A stretch of 8,425 nt of DNA from a virus (taxonomy: Duplodnaviria; Heunggongvirae; Uroviricota; Caudoviricetes), in the IMG/VR virus record IMGVR_UViG_2737471839_000001, positions 1-8,425 of that record, one strand, 5' to 3'. A model generated the notes under the pieces. It was given only the letters and a program-made list of their open reading frames with translations, had not been told where the DNA came from and ran no database searches. The stretch's first letter is position 1; every line of letters starts with the position of its first letter. A program made the translations under genes and the position numbers. Below are positions 1 to 7,670 of the stretch, one piece after another.

Positions 1-105
1 TTGCTTCCGGTGGGATGCACAGACATTAACAGAACGGGCCAGCTGTTTGACGCGGCGGCGCAGGTCTGCCGGATTATTGACGGCATCCGGCAGTGCTCAC
101 AGAAC
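1..105 (+). CDS. 3' end of an upstream gene (partial, start lies outside the window); product unknown
   Basis: Frame +1 is open from base 1 to a TGA at 103-105 (…LLPVGCTDINRTGQLFDAAAQVCRIIDGIRQCSQN*). Same strand as the downstream operon. No motif recognised, so the call rests only on the open frame and context. Confidence 0.3.
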
Positions 106-129
106 TGATTTTTTTAAGGTTTTGCACAA

Positions 130-450
130 ATGAAACAAAAAGAAAACACCGCGATTGCACTGACGGAAGCCGCTGTTCCCGGGCGTCCCTTTAAGTTCGG
201 ACTGACGCAGGTTGTGGCTTTGCACGTCAGCGGCGAATGCGGGGAAATTAAAGCCCGTACCCAGTATGCAGATGGTGAAAACCGTTATCTGGTTTATTAC
301 CAGGACGCCCGCAAGGCAGCACAGCTGAAATGGTTTGGTGAGTCCATGCTGGAAATGATTGAGGATGTCCGCCATCCCGGAATGCCTGTATTTGCAGTCA
401 CCGAACTACCTGATGGCGCAATGGTTTCAGATACCCGGAAGGGCGTTTGA
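130..450 (+). CDS. Hypothetical small phage protein (106 aa), conserved position just upstream of the terminase genes
   Basis: ATG at 130 to TGA at 448-450. The stop overlaps the next gene's ATG (TGATG), implying translational coupling with the terminase operon. Weak AAGG about 12 nt upstream. No recognisable catalytic motif; function not inferable from sequence. Confidence 0.5.
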   Translation: MKQKENTAIALTEAAVPGRPFKFGLTQVVALHVSGECGEIKARTQYADGENRYLVYYQDARKAAQLKWFGESMLEMIEDVRHPGMPVFAVTELPDGAMVSDTRKGV

Positions 451-950
451 TGGCGTGGTCACAGGATATCAGGGACAAAGTCCGTAACGGGTACATCTTT
501 GACCAGCTTCCGCTGGATATCGTCGCCATGAAGTACGCCGTGCCGCACGACACCGCGCGGCGCTGGAAAACGCAGGCGATGAAGAACGGCGACGACTGGG
601 ACAAGCTGCGTGCCGCTCACGCGCTCGCCGGTGACGGGCTGGAAAGTGTCGCCCGCACCGTGCTTATCAGTCTGGTGGTGAAGTGTCAGACGACGCTTGA
701 GCGGCTGAACCAGAACCCGGACATCCCGCCGCAGGAGTCCGTCGAACTGCTGGCGAGTCTGTCCGACAGTCTCAGTAAGGCGGTGGCCAGCAGTAAAAAA
801 ATCCTGCCGGAAACCGACCGGCTCGCCACGGCACTGGAAGTGGTGCAGCGGCTCGGCGCGTTCATCAAAGAGCGTCACCCGGCACAGTATGCCCCGTTTC
901 TTGAGGTGCTCGAAGGCTTTGCTAAAGAGCTTGAGGATAATTTCAGTTAA
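450..950 (+). CDS. Putative terminase small subunit / DNA-binding protein (Mu gp27/D-like)
   Basis: ORF 447-950 begins TTG-ATG; the ATG at 450 overlaps the upstream TGA and is the likelier start. The N-terminus (IRDKVRNGYIFDQLPLDIVAMKYAVPHDTARRWKTQAMKNGDDWDK) looks like a helix-turn-helix region, typical of small terminase subunits of Mu-like phages. Lies immediately upstream of the large terminase. Assignment is by position and motif resemblance, not by search. Confidence 0.55.
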   Translation: MAWSQDIRDKVRNGYIFDQLPLDIVAMKYAVPHDTARRWKTQAMKNGDDWDKLRAAHALAGDGLESVARTVLISLVVKCQTTLERLNQNPDIPPQESVELLASLSDSLSKAVASSKKILPETDRLATALEVVQRLGAFIKERHPAQYAPFLEVLEGFAKELEDNFS

Positions 951-1002
951 CCACAGCGGCCCGGTTTTCCGGGCCGTCTGATATTTGTATACCAGGTGTG
1001 AC

Positions 1003-2643
1003 GTGGCAAAACGTAAACTTTCCATTAAAGAGTTTCAGAGAAGCTTACAGGAGTACATCGCCAACCTCCGCCAGACCATTGAGGCTGAATGTCTGGGGTT
1101 TGATGTTAACCCGCAGGCCACACAGGCCCGCCGGGCGGCAGTCTGCGACCCGGTGACGGGCTACGATTATTTTGTCGAAAACTATTTCCCGCACTACGTC
1201 CGCAACCCGGCAAAAAGTGAGCTGCATAAATACCTGTTCAGCCGTCTGCCACAGGTTGTGGCAAGCCCGGCCCCGGAGAACGACGCCATCGCCGCGCCCC
1301 GTGGTGAAGCAAAATCCACGCTGGTGACTCAGCTGTTTACCCTGTGGAACATTATCCGGGCCATTAAGCATTACCCGGTCATCATTATGGACAGTATCGA
1401 CCAGGCTTATCCGATGCTGGAAGCCATCAAGGCTGAACTGGAATTTAACCCCCGTTTAAAAAACGATTTCCCGGAAGTGTGCGGGCAGGGGCGTGTCTGG
1501 CGTATGGGGACCATTGTCACGGCCAACAATATCAAGGTGACCGTTGCCGGTAGTGGTAAAAAGCTGCGTGGTCTGCGCCACGGCCCGTACCGTCCTGACC
1601 TGGTCATCCTCGACGACATCGAGAACGACGAGATGGTGCGTAACCCGGAGCAGCGCGACAAGCTGCACGACTGGCTCACCAAAACCGTGATGCCGCTGGG
1701 TGAGGCTGGCGGTAAAACCGATATTATTTATATCGGAACCATCCTGCATTACGACTCCGTACTGTCGCGCACACTCAATAACCCGATGTGGAAAACGGCC
1801 CGTTTTAAGGCCGTCATTCAGTGGCCTGCTAACATGAAACTGTGGGATGAGTGGGAAGAACTCATCCGCAACAAACAGCCGGAAGCAGCGGAGGCACTTT
1901 ATCAGCAGAACGAAGCCGACATGCTCGCCGGGTCGGTGGTGTCATGGGCGGCGCGTCCCCTGCTGGCGCTGATGAAAATCCGTGTCCGTGACGGTCATGA
2001 CACCTTTGATTCTGAATACCAGAACGACCCGGTCAGCGGTGAAGATGCGCTGTTTGCGGGCTGCATTAAGTTCTGGGTTAACCGTCTTGATGAATGGGTG
2101 TTCTACGGCGCTGTTGACCCCAGCCTCGGGAAGAAAAACAAAAACCGCGACCCGTCGGCCATTCTCGTGGGGGGCTTTAACCGCTTTACCGGCATTCTGG
2201 ATGTGGTTGAAGCCGATATCCGCCGACGTCTGCCAAACAAACTTATCGAAGACGTGATTAAGTATCAGCGGGAATATCACTGCCTGTGCTGGTCGTTTGA
2301 GTCCGTCCAGTTTCAGGAGTTTCTGCGTACCGTGCTGGTTGAGCGTTCGGCGGCGCTGGGTGTGCCGGTTCCGGCGCTGCCGGTCATCCCGCTGGAGGAT
2401 AAGGCGCTGCGTATCGAATCCCTTCAGCCGCATATGGCCAACGGCCTGATTCGTATCAGTCCGGCACATCAGACGCTGATTGACCAGCTGCGCCACTACC
2501 CCAAAGCCGACCACGATGATGGCCCGGACTGTCTGCACATGCTGTGGACGCTGGCGGTATCGCGCAGCGCAAAATTTCAGATTCACACCCCACGCAGCAC
2601 CGGGCGTGACCGTGGCGGGCGTTTTGGTTCAGGAGGATGGTAA
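1003..2643 (+). CDS. Terminase large subunit (Mu gp28/E-like)
   Basis: Open frame 985-2643 (552 aa). Start is either TTG 985 or, more likely, GTG 1003, which has AGGTG 4 nt upstream. Walker-A-like segment AAPRGEAKST (1291-1320); Walker-B-like hydrophobic run plus acidic pair LVILDDIE (1600-1623); nuclease-domain acidic motifs FYGAVDPS (2101-2124) and DHDDGPD (2509-2529). Size and position 5' of the portal fit. Confidence 0.85.
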   Translation: MAKRKLSIKEFQRSLQEYIANLRQTIEAECLGFDVNPQATQARRAAVCDPVTGYDYFVENYFPHYVRNPAKSELHKYLFSRLPQVVASPAPENDAIAAPRGEAKSTLVTQLFTLWNIIRAIKHYPVIIMDSIDQAYPMLEAIKAELEFNPRLKNDFPEVCGQGRVWRMGTIVTANNIKVTVAGSGKKLRGLRHGPYRPDLVILDDIENDEMVRNPEQRDKLHDWLTKTVMPLGEAGGKTDIIYIGTILHYDSVLSRTLNNPMWKTARFKAVIQWPANMKLWDEWEELIRNKQPEAAEALYQQNEADMLAGSVVSWAARPLLALMKIRVRDGHDTFDSEYQNDPVSGEDALFAGCIKFWVNRLDEWVFYGAVDPSLGKKNKNRDPSAILVGGFNRFTGILDVVEADIRRRLPNKLIEDVIKYQREYHCLCWSFESVQFQEFLRTVLVERSAALGVPVPALPVIPLEDKALRIESLQPHMANGLIRISPAHQTLIDQLRHYPKADHDDGPDCLHMLWTLAVSRSAKFQIHTPRSTGRDRGGRFGSGGW

Positions 2644-4238
2644 TGGCACAGCTTGTTGATATTTACGGACGCCCGCTGAAACGTGAGGCACTCAAAACCA
2701 CGCAGTCGGTCAGAGTGGCGGAACGGCTGCGCATTTATCCCGACCACCCGTCCCGAGGTCTGAACATCAGAAAACTGCCGCGCATTCTGGAAGCAGCCGA
2801 ACGCGGTTATCTTCCGGCGCAGGCGATGCTGTTTGCGGATATGGAAGAACGTGATGGCCATCTGTTCGCCGAGATGGAAAAGCGCAAAAAAGCGTTGCTG
2901 ACGCTGGACTGGTCGGTGGAGCCGCCCCGCAATGCCTCGAAGGCAGAAAAGGAGCTGGCCGCCGCCGTGGATGAGTGGCTGCACGGCATCCCGGACATGG
3001 AGGACATCATCCTCAACGGGATGAGCAGTGTCGGTTATGGCTTCAGCTGTCAGGAAATCAGCTGGGCGTTCGTGGATAAAACGTGGTTACCGGATGCGGT
3101 GACGCTGCGCCCGCATAACTGGTTCATTACCCTGCCGGAACACAATGACGAACTCCGGCTGGATGACGGCAATCGTGGGGAAGATGGTAAAGACGGTTCC
3201 GCGCTGTGGCCGTTCGGCTGGCTGGTTCACCGTTACAACGCCCGGTCGGGGTTCCTGGGTTCATCCGGCCTGTTCCGCGTACTGGTCTGGCCGTATCTGT
3301 TCAAAAACTTTGCGCTGCGTGATATGGCAGAATTTCTGGAGATTTACGGCCTTCCGGCGCGCATTGCTTACTATGCACAGGGCACCAGTGACGAGGACCG
3401 GGACAACATTCTTGAGGCGCTGGTCAATCTGGGTCATGAAGCGGTGGCAGCCCTGCCGCAGGGTAACGAGATTGAATTCAAGGAGGCCGCCTCCGGCGGA
3501 CCGGAGGCGTTCATGTCGATGGTGGAATGGGCGGAGCGTACCACCTCAAAAGTGATTCTGGGCAGTACGCTGACCAGCCAGGCTGACGGTAAAACCTCCA
3601 CCAATGCGCTGGGTAATGTGCATAACGAGGTCCGGCACGACATTCTGGCCGCCGATGCTCGCCAGCTGTCCGGCATGTTCAGCAGCCTGATACAGATGAT
3701 GGCCAGCCTCAACGGCTGGCAGGATATCCCGCCACGCCGTCTGCCGCGACTGGTGTTTGATGTGCAGCAGGAAGCCGACATTAAGGGTGTGGCAGAAGCC
3801 GTCAACGTGTTGCTCAACAATGTGGGAATGAAGGATATCCCGGCGTCGTGGGTGCGCAAAAAAACCGGTATCCCCACACCAAAAGACGGCGAAGAGGTAC
3901 TGGTGCCGGTGGCACAGCGTCTCCCTGTGCAGGCGGGCCTCAGCCAGCTGCGTGAGCGGCTGAATGTTGTTGCACTCAGTCAGCAGGACAACGGGGAGGA
4001 CGACCCGGCACAGCGCGCCATCGACCGGGCAGAGCTTCCGGCAGAGGCCATCGCGCAGGGGATGAACGAACTGGTGGCCCCACTGGTGCAGGCCATACAG
4101 GAAGGCCGGGATGCAGACGAGGCCATGAACGTACTGGCGGAAGCATGGCCGGAGCTGCCGGATGACACGCTGCGGCAGTTGCTGACGCAGGCATTCTTTG
4201 TGGCGGATATCTGGGGGCGACTGAATGCCGACAGCTGA
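2643..4238 (+). CDS. Portal protein (Mu gp29/H-like)
   Basis: 531-533 aa ORF directly after the large terminase. AGGAGG at 2631-2636 sits 6 nt before the ATG at 2643, which overlaps the terminase TAA (TAATG). The ATG at 2637 has no spacing to the Shine-Dalgarno sequence and is less likely. Acidic C-terminal region and size are typical of Mu-type portals. Confidence 0.8.
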   Translation: MAQLVDIYGRPLKREALKTTQSVRVAERLRIYPDHPSRGLNIRKLPRILEAAERGYLPAQAMLFADMEERDGHLFAEMEKRKKALLTLDWSVEPPRNASKAEKELAAAVDEWLHGIPDMEDIILNGMSSVGYGFSCQEISWAFVDKTWLPDAVTLRPHNWFITLPEHNDELRLDDGNRGEDGKDGSALWPFGWLVHRYNARSGFLGSSGLFRVLVWPYLFKNFALRDMAEFLEIYGLPARIAYYAQGTSDEDRDNILEALVNLGHEAVAALPQGNEIEFKEAASGGPEAFMSMVEWAERTTSKVILGSTLTSQADGKTSTNALGNVHNEVRHDILAADARQLSGMFSSLIQMMASLNGWQDIPPRRLPRLVFDVQQEADIKGVAEAVNVLLNNVGMKDIPASWVRKKTGIPTPKDGEEVLVPVAQRLPVQAGLSQLRERLNVVALSQQDNGEDDPAQRAIDRAELPAEAIAQGMNELVAPLVQAIQEGRDADEAMNVLAEAWPELPDDTLRQLLTQAFFVADIWGRLNADS

Positions 4239-5391
4239 CGATGTTGACCTGGGGTATGCGTACACCCTGAAACCGGAAGAAGCGATTAAATATTTCGAAA
4301 GCAAGGGATACGTTATCGGCTTCCGCTGGCACGATGTGAAGGACATCGCACACGCCCGGGCGTTCACGGTGGCGGGCGTGCTGAAACTGGATGTGCTGAA
4401 GGATATCCGTGATGGCCTGACGGCGGCAATAGCTGACGGCGGGACGTTCCGGGAGTTTGCTGCACAACTGGAGCCACTGCTGGAATCAAAAGGCTGGCTG
4501 GGTAAACGGCTGATTGTGGACGAGGACACCGGCGAACTGCACGGCAGACAGCTGACGCCGCGCCGGTTGCGCACGATATTTGATACCAACATTCAGTCGT
4601 CATATAACGCCGGACGTTATCAGCAGCAGATGGCGAACGTGGCTGACCGGCCTTATTTTGAGCGCGTGGCAGTAATGGATCTTCACACCCGCCCGAAACA
4701 CGCCGCCCTGAACGGTTTTACCGCCCGGGCGGATGACCCGGTCTGGGAGTATTTCTACGCGCCTGACGGGTACGGATGCCGCTGCCGTATCCGGGCGCGT
4801 TCGGTGTCTGATGTGGAGAAATATGGCCTGACGGTGCAGAGCAGCGAGGGGCGACTGGTTGAGGTTGAACAGGAATATGGCCAGCCGGGCCAGACCATCA
4901 GAACAATGGGGCTGAAGATGCCGGACGGTTCCGTGTATACCACCGACCCGGGCTTCGGATTTAATCCCGGTCGGGTGGCATGGCAGCCGGAACTGGAAAA
5001 ATACAATTACCACAGCGCCCGCCAGTATGTCACCGGCACCCTGACCGGGCCGGATTTTGCCCGGGGACTGGCAAACGTCAGCGAACTGGATGCGCGCCAG
5101 CGATATCCGCTGGCCATCCGTTCACCGGAACAGGTCGCCGCCACGGGCGCTGCACGGCAGACGGTAAACCTTACGGCTGACGTTATGAAGCGCCTCAGTG
5201 CAGCAGACACGCCCCCGACCGCCGCCGACTATGTGCTGATGCAGCAGACCATCGAACGGGCGGAGCATGTCACGCAGGACGGTAACGCGTGGCGGTATGC
5301 GTTACAGTCAGGCGACCGCTGGTCAGTGGCAACGGTGGAGGATGACGTGCTGACAGACTGGGTTATGCAGGACACACCAGAGGCATCATGA
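4225..5391 (+). CDS. MuF-like minor head / head morphogenesis protein (Mu gp30/F-like)
   Basis: 388 aa; ATG 4225 overlaps the portal 3' end by 14 nt, with a GGGGG run 7-12 nt upstream. Contains the characteristic MuF core DLHTRPKHAALNGF…DDPVW…PDGYGCRCRIRA (about 4680-4800). No extra C-terminal domain beyond the normal MuF-length tail. Confidence 0.8.
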   Translation: MPTADDVDLGYAYTLKPEEAIKYFESKGYVIGFRWHDVKDIAHARAFTVAGVLKLDVLKDIRDGLTAAIADGGTFREFAAQLEPLLESKGWLGKRLIVDEDTGELHGRQLTPRRLRTIFDTNIQSSYNAGRYQQQMANVADRPYFERVAVMDLHTRPKHAALNGFTARADDPVWEYFYAPDGYGCRCRIRARSVSDVEKYGLTVQSSEGRLVEVEQEYGQPGQTIRTMGLKMPDGSVYTTDPGFGFNPGRVAWQPELEKYNYHSARQYVTGTLTGPDFARGLANVSELDARQRYPLAIRSPEQVAATGAARQTVNLTADVMKRLSAADTPPTAADYVLMQQTIERAEHVTQDGNAWRYALQSGDRWSVATVEDDVLTDWVMQDTPEAS

Positions 5392-5939
5392 GCAGCGGTA
5401 AACTGGATATTAAGATTGATTTAAGCGCGTATAACACCACGCTGGGTAAACTGATTCGTTCCGTGAAGGACCGGCGCGACCTGATGACGGCACTTGCAGG
5501 CTCCATGCTGGATGCGGTGGAAACCAACTTTGAACAACAGGGTCGCCCGAAATGGATGGGCTGGAGTCCGGCCTATGCGAAGCGACGCGGCCCCGGGCAA
5601 ATCCTTCAGAAGTCCGGGCGACTGGCTGCCAGTATCCGCTCTGCGGTTAACAATAACGAGGCCACGGTCGGGACAAACGTCCGTTATGCCCGTATCCACA
5701 ACGAAGGCGGCGAAATCCGCCATCAGGCACGGACGCAGAACCTGTATTTTAAACAGTACAAAAACGGCAGCGTCAGCAGCCGCTTTGTGAAAAAGCGCAA
5801 CAGTAATTTTGTGCAGAGCGCAACGGTCGGAGCGTATACGGTCAACATGCCCGCGCGTCCCTTCCTTCAGCTTGTGCAGGACGACATCGACGAGCTGGAG
5901 AACACCGCAAACCGCTATTTTGCGCGTGTGATTGACTGA
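5388..5939 (+). CDS. Virion morphogenesis protein (Mu G-like)
   Basis: 183 aa; ATG 5388 overlaps the F stop (ATGA). Sequence shape (…GRPKWMGWSPAYAKRRGPGQILQKSGRLAASI…RYARIHNEGGEI…PARPFLQL…) fits the phage virion-morphogenesis (Mu gpG) family, and the position after the MuF gene matches Mu. Confidence 0.7.
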   Translation: MSSGKLDIKIDLSAYNTTLGKLIRSVKDRRDLMTALAGSMLDAVETNFEQQGRPKWMGWSPAYAKRRGPGQILQKSGRLAASIRSAVNNNEATVGTNVRYARIHNEGGEIRHQARTQNLYFKQYKNGSVSSRFVKKRNSNFVQSATVGAYTVNMPARPFLQLVQDDIDELENTANRYFARVID

Positions 5940-5954
5940 ATAACCACAAACGCG

Positions 5955-6003
5955 CTGTAATCGTCTGTGACAACATAAACGCCTCACGGATGAGGCATTA
6001 CAG
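5955..6003 (+). terminator. Nested inverted repeat downstream of G; possible terminator or RNA processing structure
   Basis: Outer repeat CTGTAAT (5955-5961) pairs with ATTACAG (5997-6003). Inner perfect hairpin GCCTCA (5981-5986), loop CGGA, TGAGGC (5991-5996). A 19-nt bulge sits on the 5' arm. No U-tract follows immediately, so it is not a canonical intrinsic terminator. Confidence 0.3.
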
Positions 6004-6031
6004 CACCGCACCCCGTAAATGCCGTCAGAAT

Positions 6032-6094
6032 CGTTTTTAAAAGGGTTTTAAAAACGGTTTTATTTCCCCTTTTATCCTTTCCCGTTATGGCAGG
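6032..6094 (+). promoter_or_regulatory. Candidate late promoter / activator-binding region upstream of the I-like gene
   Basis: 25-nt AT-rich palindrome CGTTTTTAAAA-GGG-TTTTAAAAACG (6032-6056) followed by a pyrimidine-rich stretch with -10-like hexamers (TATTTC 6061-6066, TTATCC 6072-6077, GTTATG 6084-6089). It is the only long intergenic gap in the operon and lies where Mu carries its C-dependent P_I late promoter. No -35/-10 pair with canonical spacing identified. Confidence 0.3.
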
Positions 6095-6139
6095 GTGCTG
6101 AACACCCTCCACAGTACCCCGTGTTCCCCTTCCGTCATC

Positions 6140-7264
6140 ATGTCGCGTATGAAGATGAACATTGCGGCGTTAAGCCTCGAAATTACTAAAGCAACCCACA
6201 GCGAAATCCAGCTGTTTCCGGCGGGCGAGTTCAGCGCGGTGGATGGACGCCCACATACCGATGAAGTCGAAAGCGGTAAATGGGTGCTGACCGCTGAACT
6301 GGCCGCGCAGCTTGTCGCACAGGTGGCAGCCCGTACCACGCCTTTTGTCATTGATTACGAACATCAGACGCTGCGCGCCGTAAACAACGGCAAGCCCGCC
6401 CCGGCGGCGGGCTGGTTCAGCCAGGTGGAATGGCGTGAAGGCGCGGGCCTGTATGCCACCGGTGTGGAGTGGACGGAGAACGCGGCGGCCATGATTGCCG
6501 CCGGTGAGTACAAGTTTATTTCCCCTGTTTTTGCCTACAACAAGCGCGGCGAAGTGCTGGAGCTGTTACATGCTGCGCTGACCAATACCCCTGCGCTCGA
6601 CGGTATGGACGCGGTCATGCTGGCTGCGGCCAGCCGTCTGGCGAGTCTGTCAACTGAAACGGAGACCACAACGGTGGATGAAGAACTGTTAAACGATTTG
6701 CTGTCCAGTCTGCGCTGGATGCTTAACCTCCCGGTTACCTCAACGGCGGAAGATATTAAAAGCGAGCTGCAAAAGGTCGTTGACATGATTTCGAACGGTC
6801 AGGGAACGGCGGCGGCATCCGTCAGCCTGCTGACCCTGCTGAATCAGAAAGACGAGCAAATCGCCAGTCTGTCAGCAAATGCCTATGACCCGACGAAGCA
6901 TATCCCTCTGACGGCATATGAAGAACTTCAGGGGCGTTATGCCGCACTGGCGCAACAGTCCGGTGAGGCCGAAGCCGGGGCACTGATTCAGGCGGCGCTG
7001 TCTGACGGGCGACTGCTTCCGGCGCAGGAAGACTGGGCGAAAGATTACGCCGGTCGCGATATCAACGGCTTTAAGTCCTGGCTGGAGAACGCACCAAAAC
7101 TTGTTGCGCTCAGTCAGACACAGACCGGCGGCAAAGCCCCCAAAACGCCGTCGCCTGCCCCGGCGCAGATTAAAACCGGCGATGACGTTGATGTCGATAT
7201 CGCCATTTGTTCAATGATGGGCGTTGATCCAGAGGATGTCGCCCGTTACGCAGGAGACAAATAA
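6140..7264 (+). CDS. Head protease / scaffolding protein (Mu I-like; C-terminal part may also be made as a separate Z-like scaffold)
   Basis: Open frame 6095 (GTG) to TAA 7262-7264. The first ATG is at 6140, with further in-frame ATGs at 6149 and 6155; none has a strong Shine-Dalgarno sequence, so the start is uncertain within 6095-6155. N-terminal half (…FPAGEF…DGR…FVIDYEHQT…) resembles the Mu I protease domain. C-terminal half is Ala/Leu/Glu/Gln-rich and probably helical, as in scaffolding proteins. Confidence 0.7.
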   Translation: MSRMKMNIAALSLEITKATHSEIQLFPAGEFSAVDGRPHTDEVESGKWVLTAELAAQLVAQVAARTTPFVIDYEHQTLRAVNNGKPAPAAGWFSQVEWREGAGLYATGVEWTENAAAMIAAGEYKFISPVFAYNKRGEVLELLHAALTNTPALDGMDAVMLAAASRLASLSTETETTTVDEELLNDLLSSLRWMLNLPVTSTAEDIKSELQKVVDMISNGQGTAAASVSLLTLLNQKDEQIASLSANAYDPTKHIPLTAYEELQGRYAALAQQSGEAEAGALIQAALSDGRLLPAQEDWAKDYAGRDINGFKSWLENAPKLVALSQTQTGGKAPKTPSPAPAQIKTGDDVDVDIAICSMMGVDPEDVARYAGDK

Positions 7265-7660
7265 ATGGATCGTAATACCCCCTATCGTGACGGCGAACTG
7301 AACCCGGTGCCGGTTGCCGCTGCGACCGAAATTTTTGGCGGTCATATGGTGGCCGTTAACGCATCCGGTTATGCCGTTCCGGCCAGTGCCACGGCCTCAC
7401 AGATTACGCTGGGCGTGTCTGATGGCTGGGCGGATAACAGCACCGGCAGCGATGGTGATGTCACCGTTCTGGTGCGTTGCGGCAAAGCCTTTCTGATGGC
7501 GAACAGCACCTCAGACCCGGTCACACAATCGCAGGTCGGTAAGCTGTGTTACGTGGAAGACAGCGTGACCGTGGCAAAAACCGACAACAGCAGCGCCCGT
7601 CCTGTCGCCGGTAAAGTGATCGGCATCTGTGGCGATGGCGTCTGGGTTCATTTCAGTTAA
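7265..7660 (+). CDS. Small structural protein between protease/scaffold and major capsid (DUF2190-like; possible head decoration or accessory protein)
   Basis: 131 aa; ATG 7265 immediately follows the I stop (TAAATG). Gly/Ala/Val/Ser-rich, beta-type composition (…VAVNASGYAVPASATASQITLGVSDGWADNSTGSDGDVTVLV…GKVIGICGDGVWVHF) typical of small capsid-associated proteins found in this position in Mu-like and HK97-like head modules. Confidence 0.55.
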   Translation: MDRNTPYRDGELNPVPVAAATEIFGGHMVAVNASGYAVPASATASQITLGVSDGWADNSTGSDGDVTVLVRCGKAFLMANSTSDPVTQSQVGKLCYVEDSVTVAKTDNSSARPVAGKVIGICGDGVWVHFS

Positions 7661-7670
7661 GGAGCAAAAC

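Noticed and set aside
459-1025. Minus-strand ORF (188 aa) antisense to the small-terminase-like gene
   Set aside because: Antisense shadow ORF with Arg-rich composition. The plus-strand frame is supported by translational coupling and a helix-turn-helix-like N-terminus.
1942-2586. Minus-strand ORF (214 aa) and plus-strand alternate-frame ORF 1982-2257 inside the large terminase gene
   Set aside because: Both overlap the terminase nuclease-domain coding region, whose frame carries recognisable catalytic motifs. The alternatives are Arg/Gln-rich compositional artifacts.
3145-3555. Plus-strand alternate-frame ORF (136 aa) inside the portal gene
   Set aside because: Trp/Arg-rich out-of-frame translation of a clearly coding region, with no independent start context.
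3546-4592. Long minus-strand ORF (348 aa) spanning the portal/MuF junction, and the nested minus-strand ORFs at 3976-4467 and 3980-4168
   Set aside because: They lie entirely antisense to two well-supported plus-strand genes. The translations are Arg/Ser/Cys/Pro-rich and low-complexity, as expected for shadow ORFs in GC-rich coding DNA, with no motifs or plausible ribosome-binding context.
4225-5391. Possibility that the MuF-like protein carries a C-terminal polymorphic toxin domain (as in some prophage MuF-toxin fusions)
   Set aside because: At 388 aa the protein is no longer than a plain MuF head protein, and the C-terminal 150 residues show no nuclease, deaminase or ADP-ribosyltransferase-like motifs that I can recognise. 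No separate small immunity-like ORF follows it, since the next gene is the G-like morphogenesis protein.
5421-6011. Minus-strand ORF (196 aa) antisense to the G-like gene and reaching into the intergenic hairpin
   Set aside because: Cys/Arg-rich shadow ORF. The plus-strand G-like frame has the conserved family features and a coupled start.
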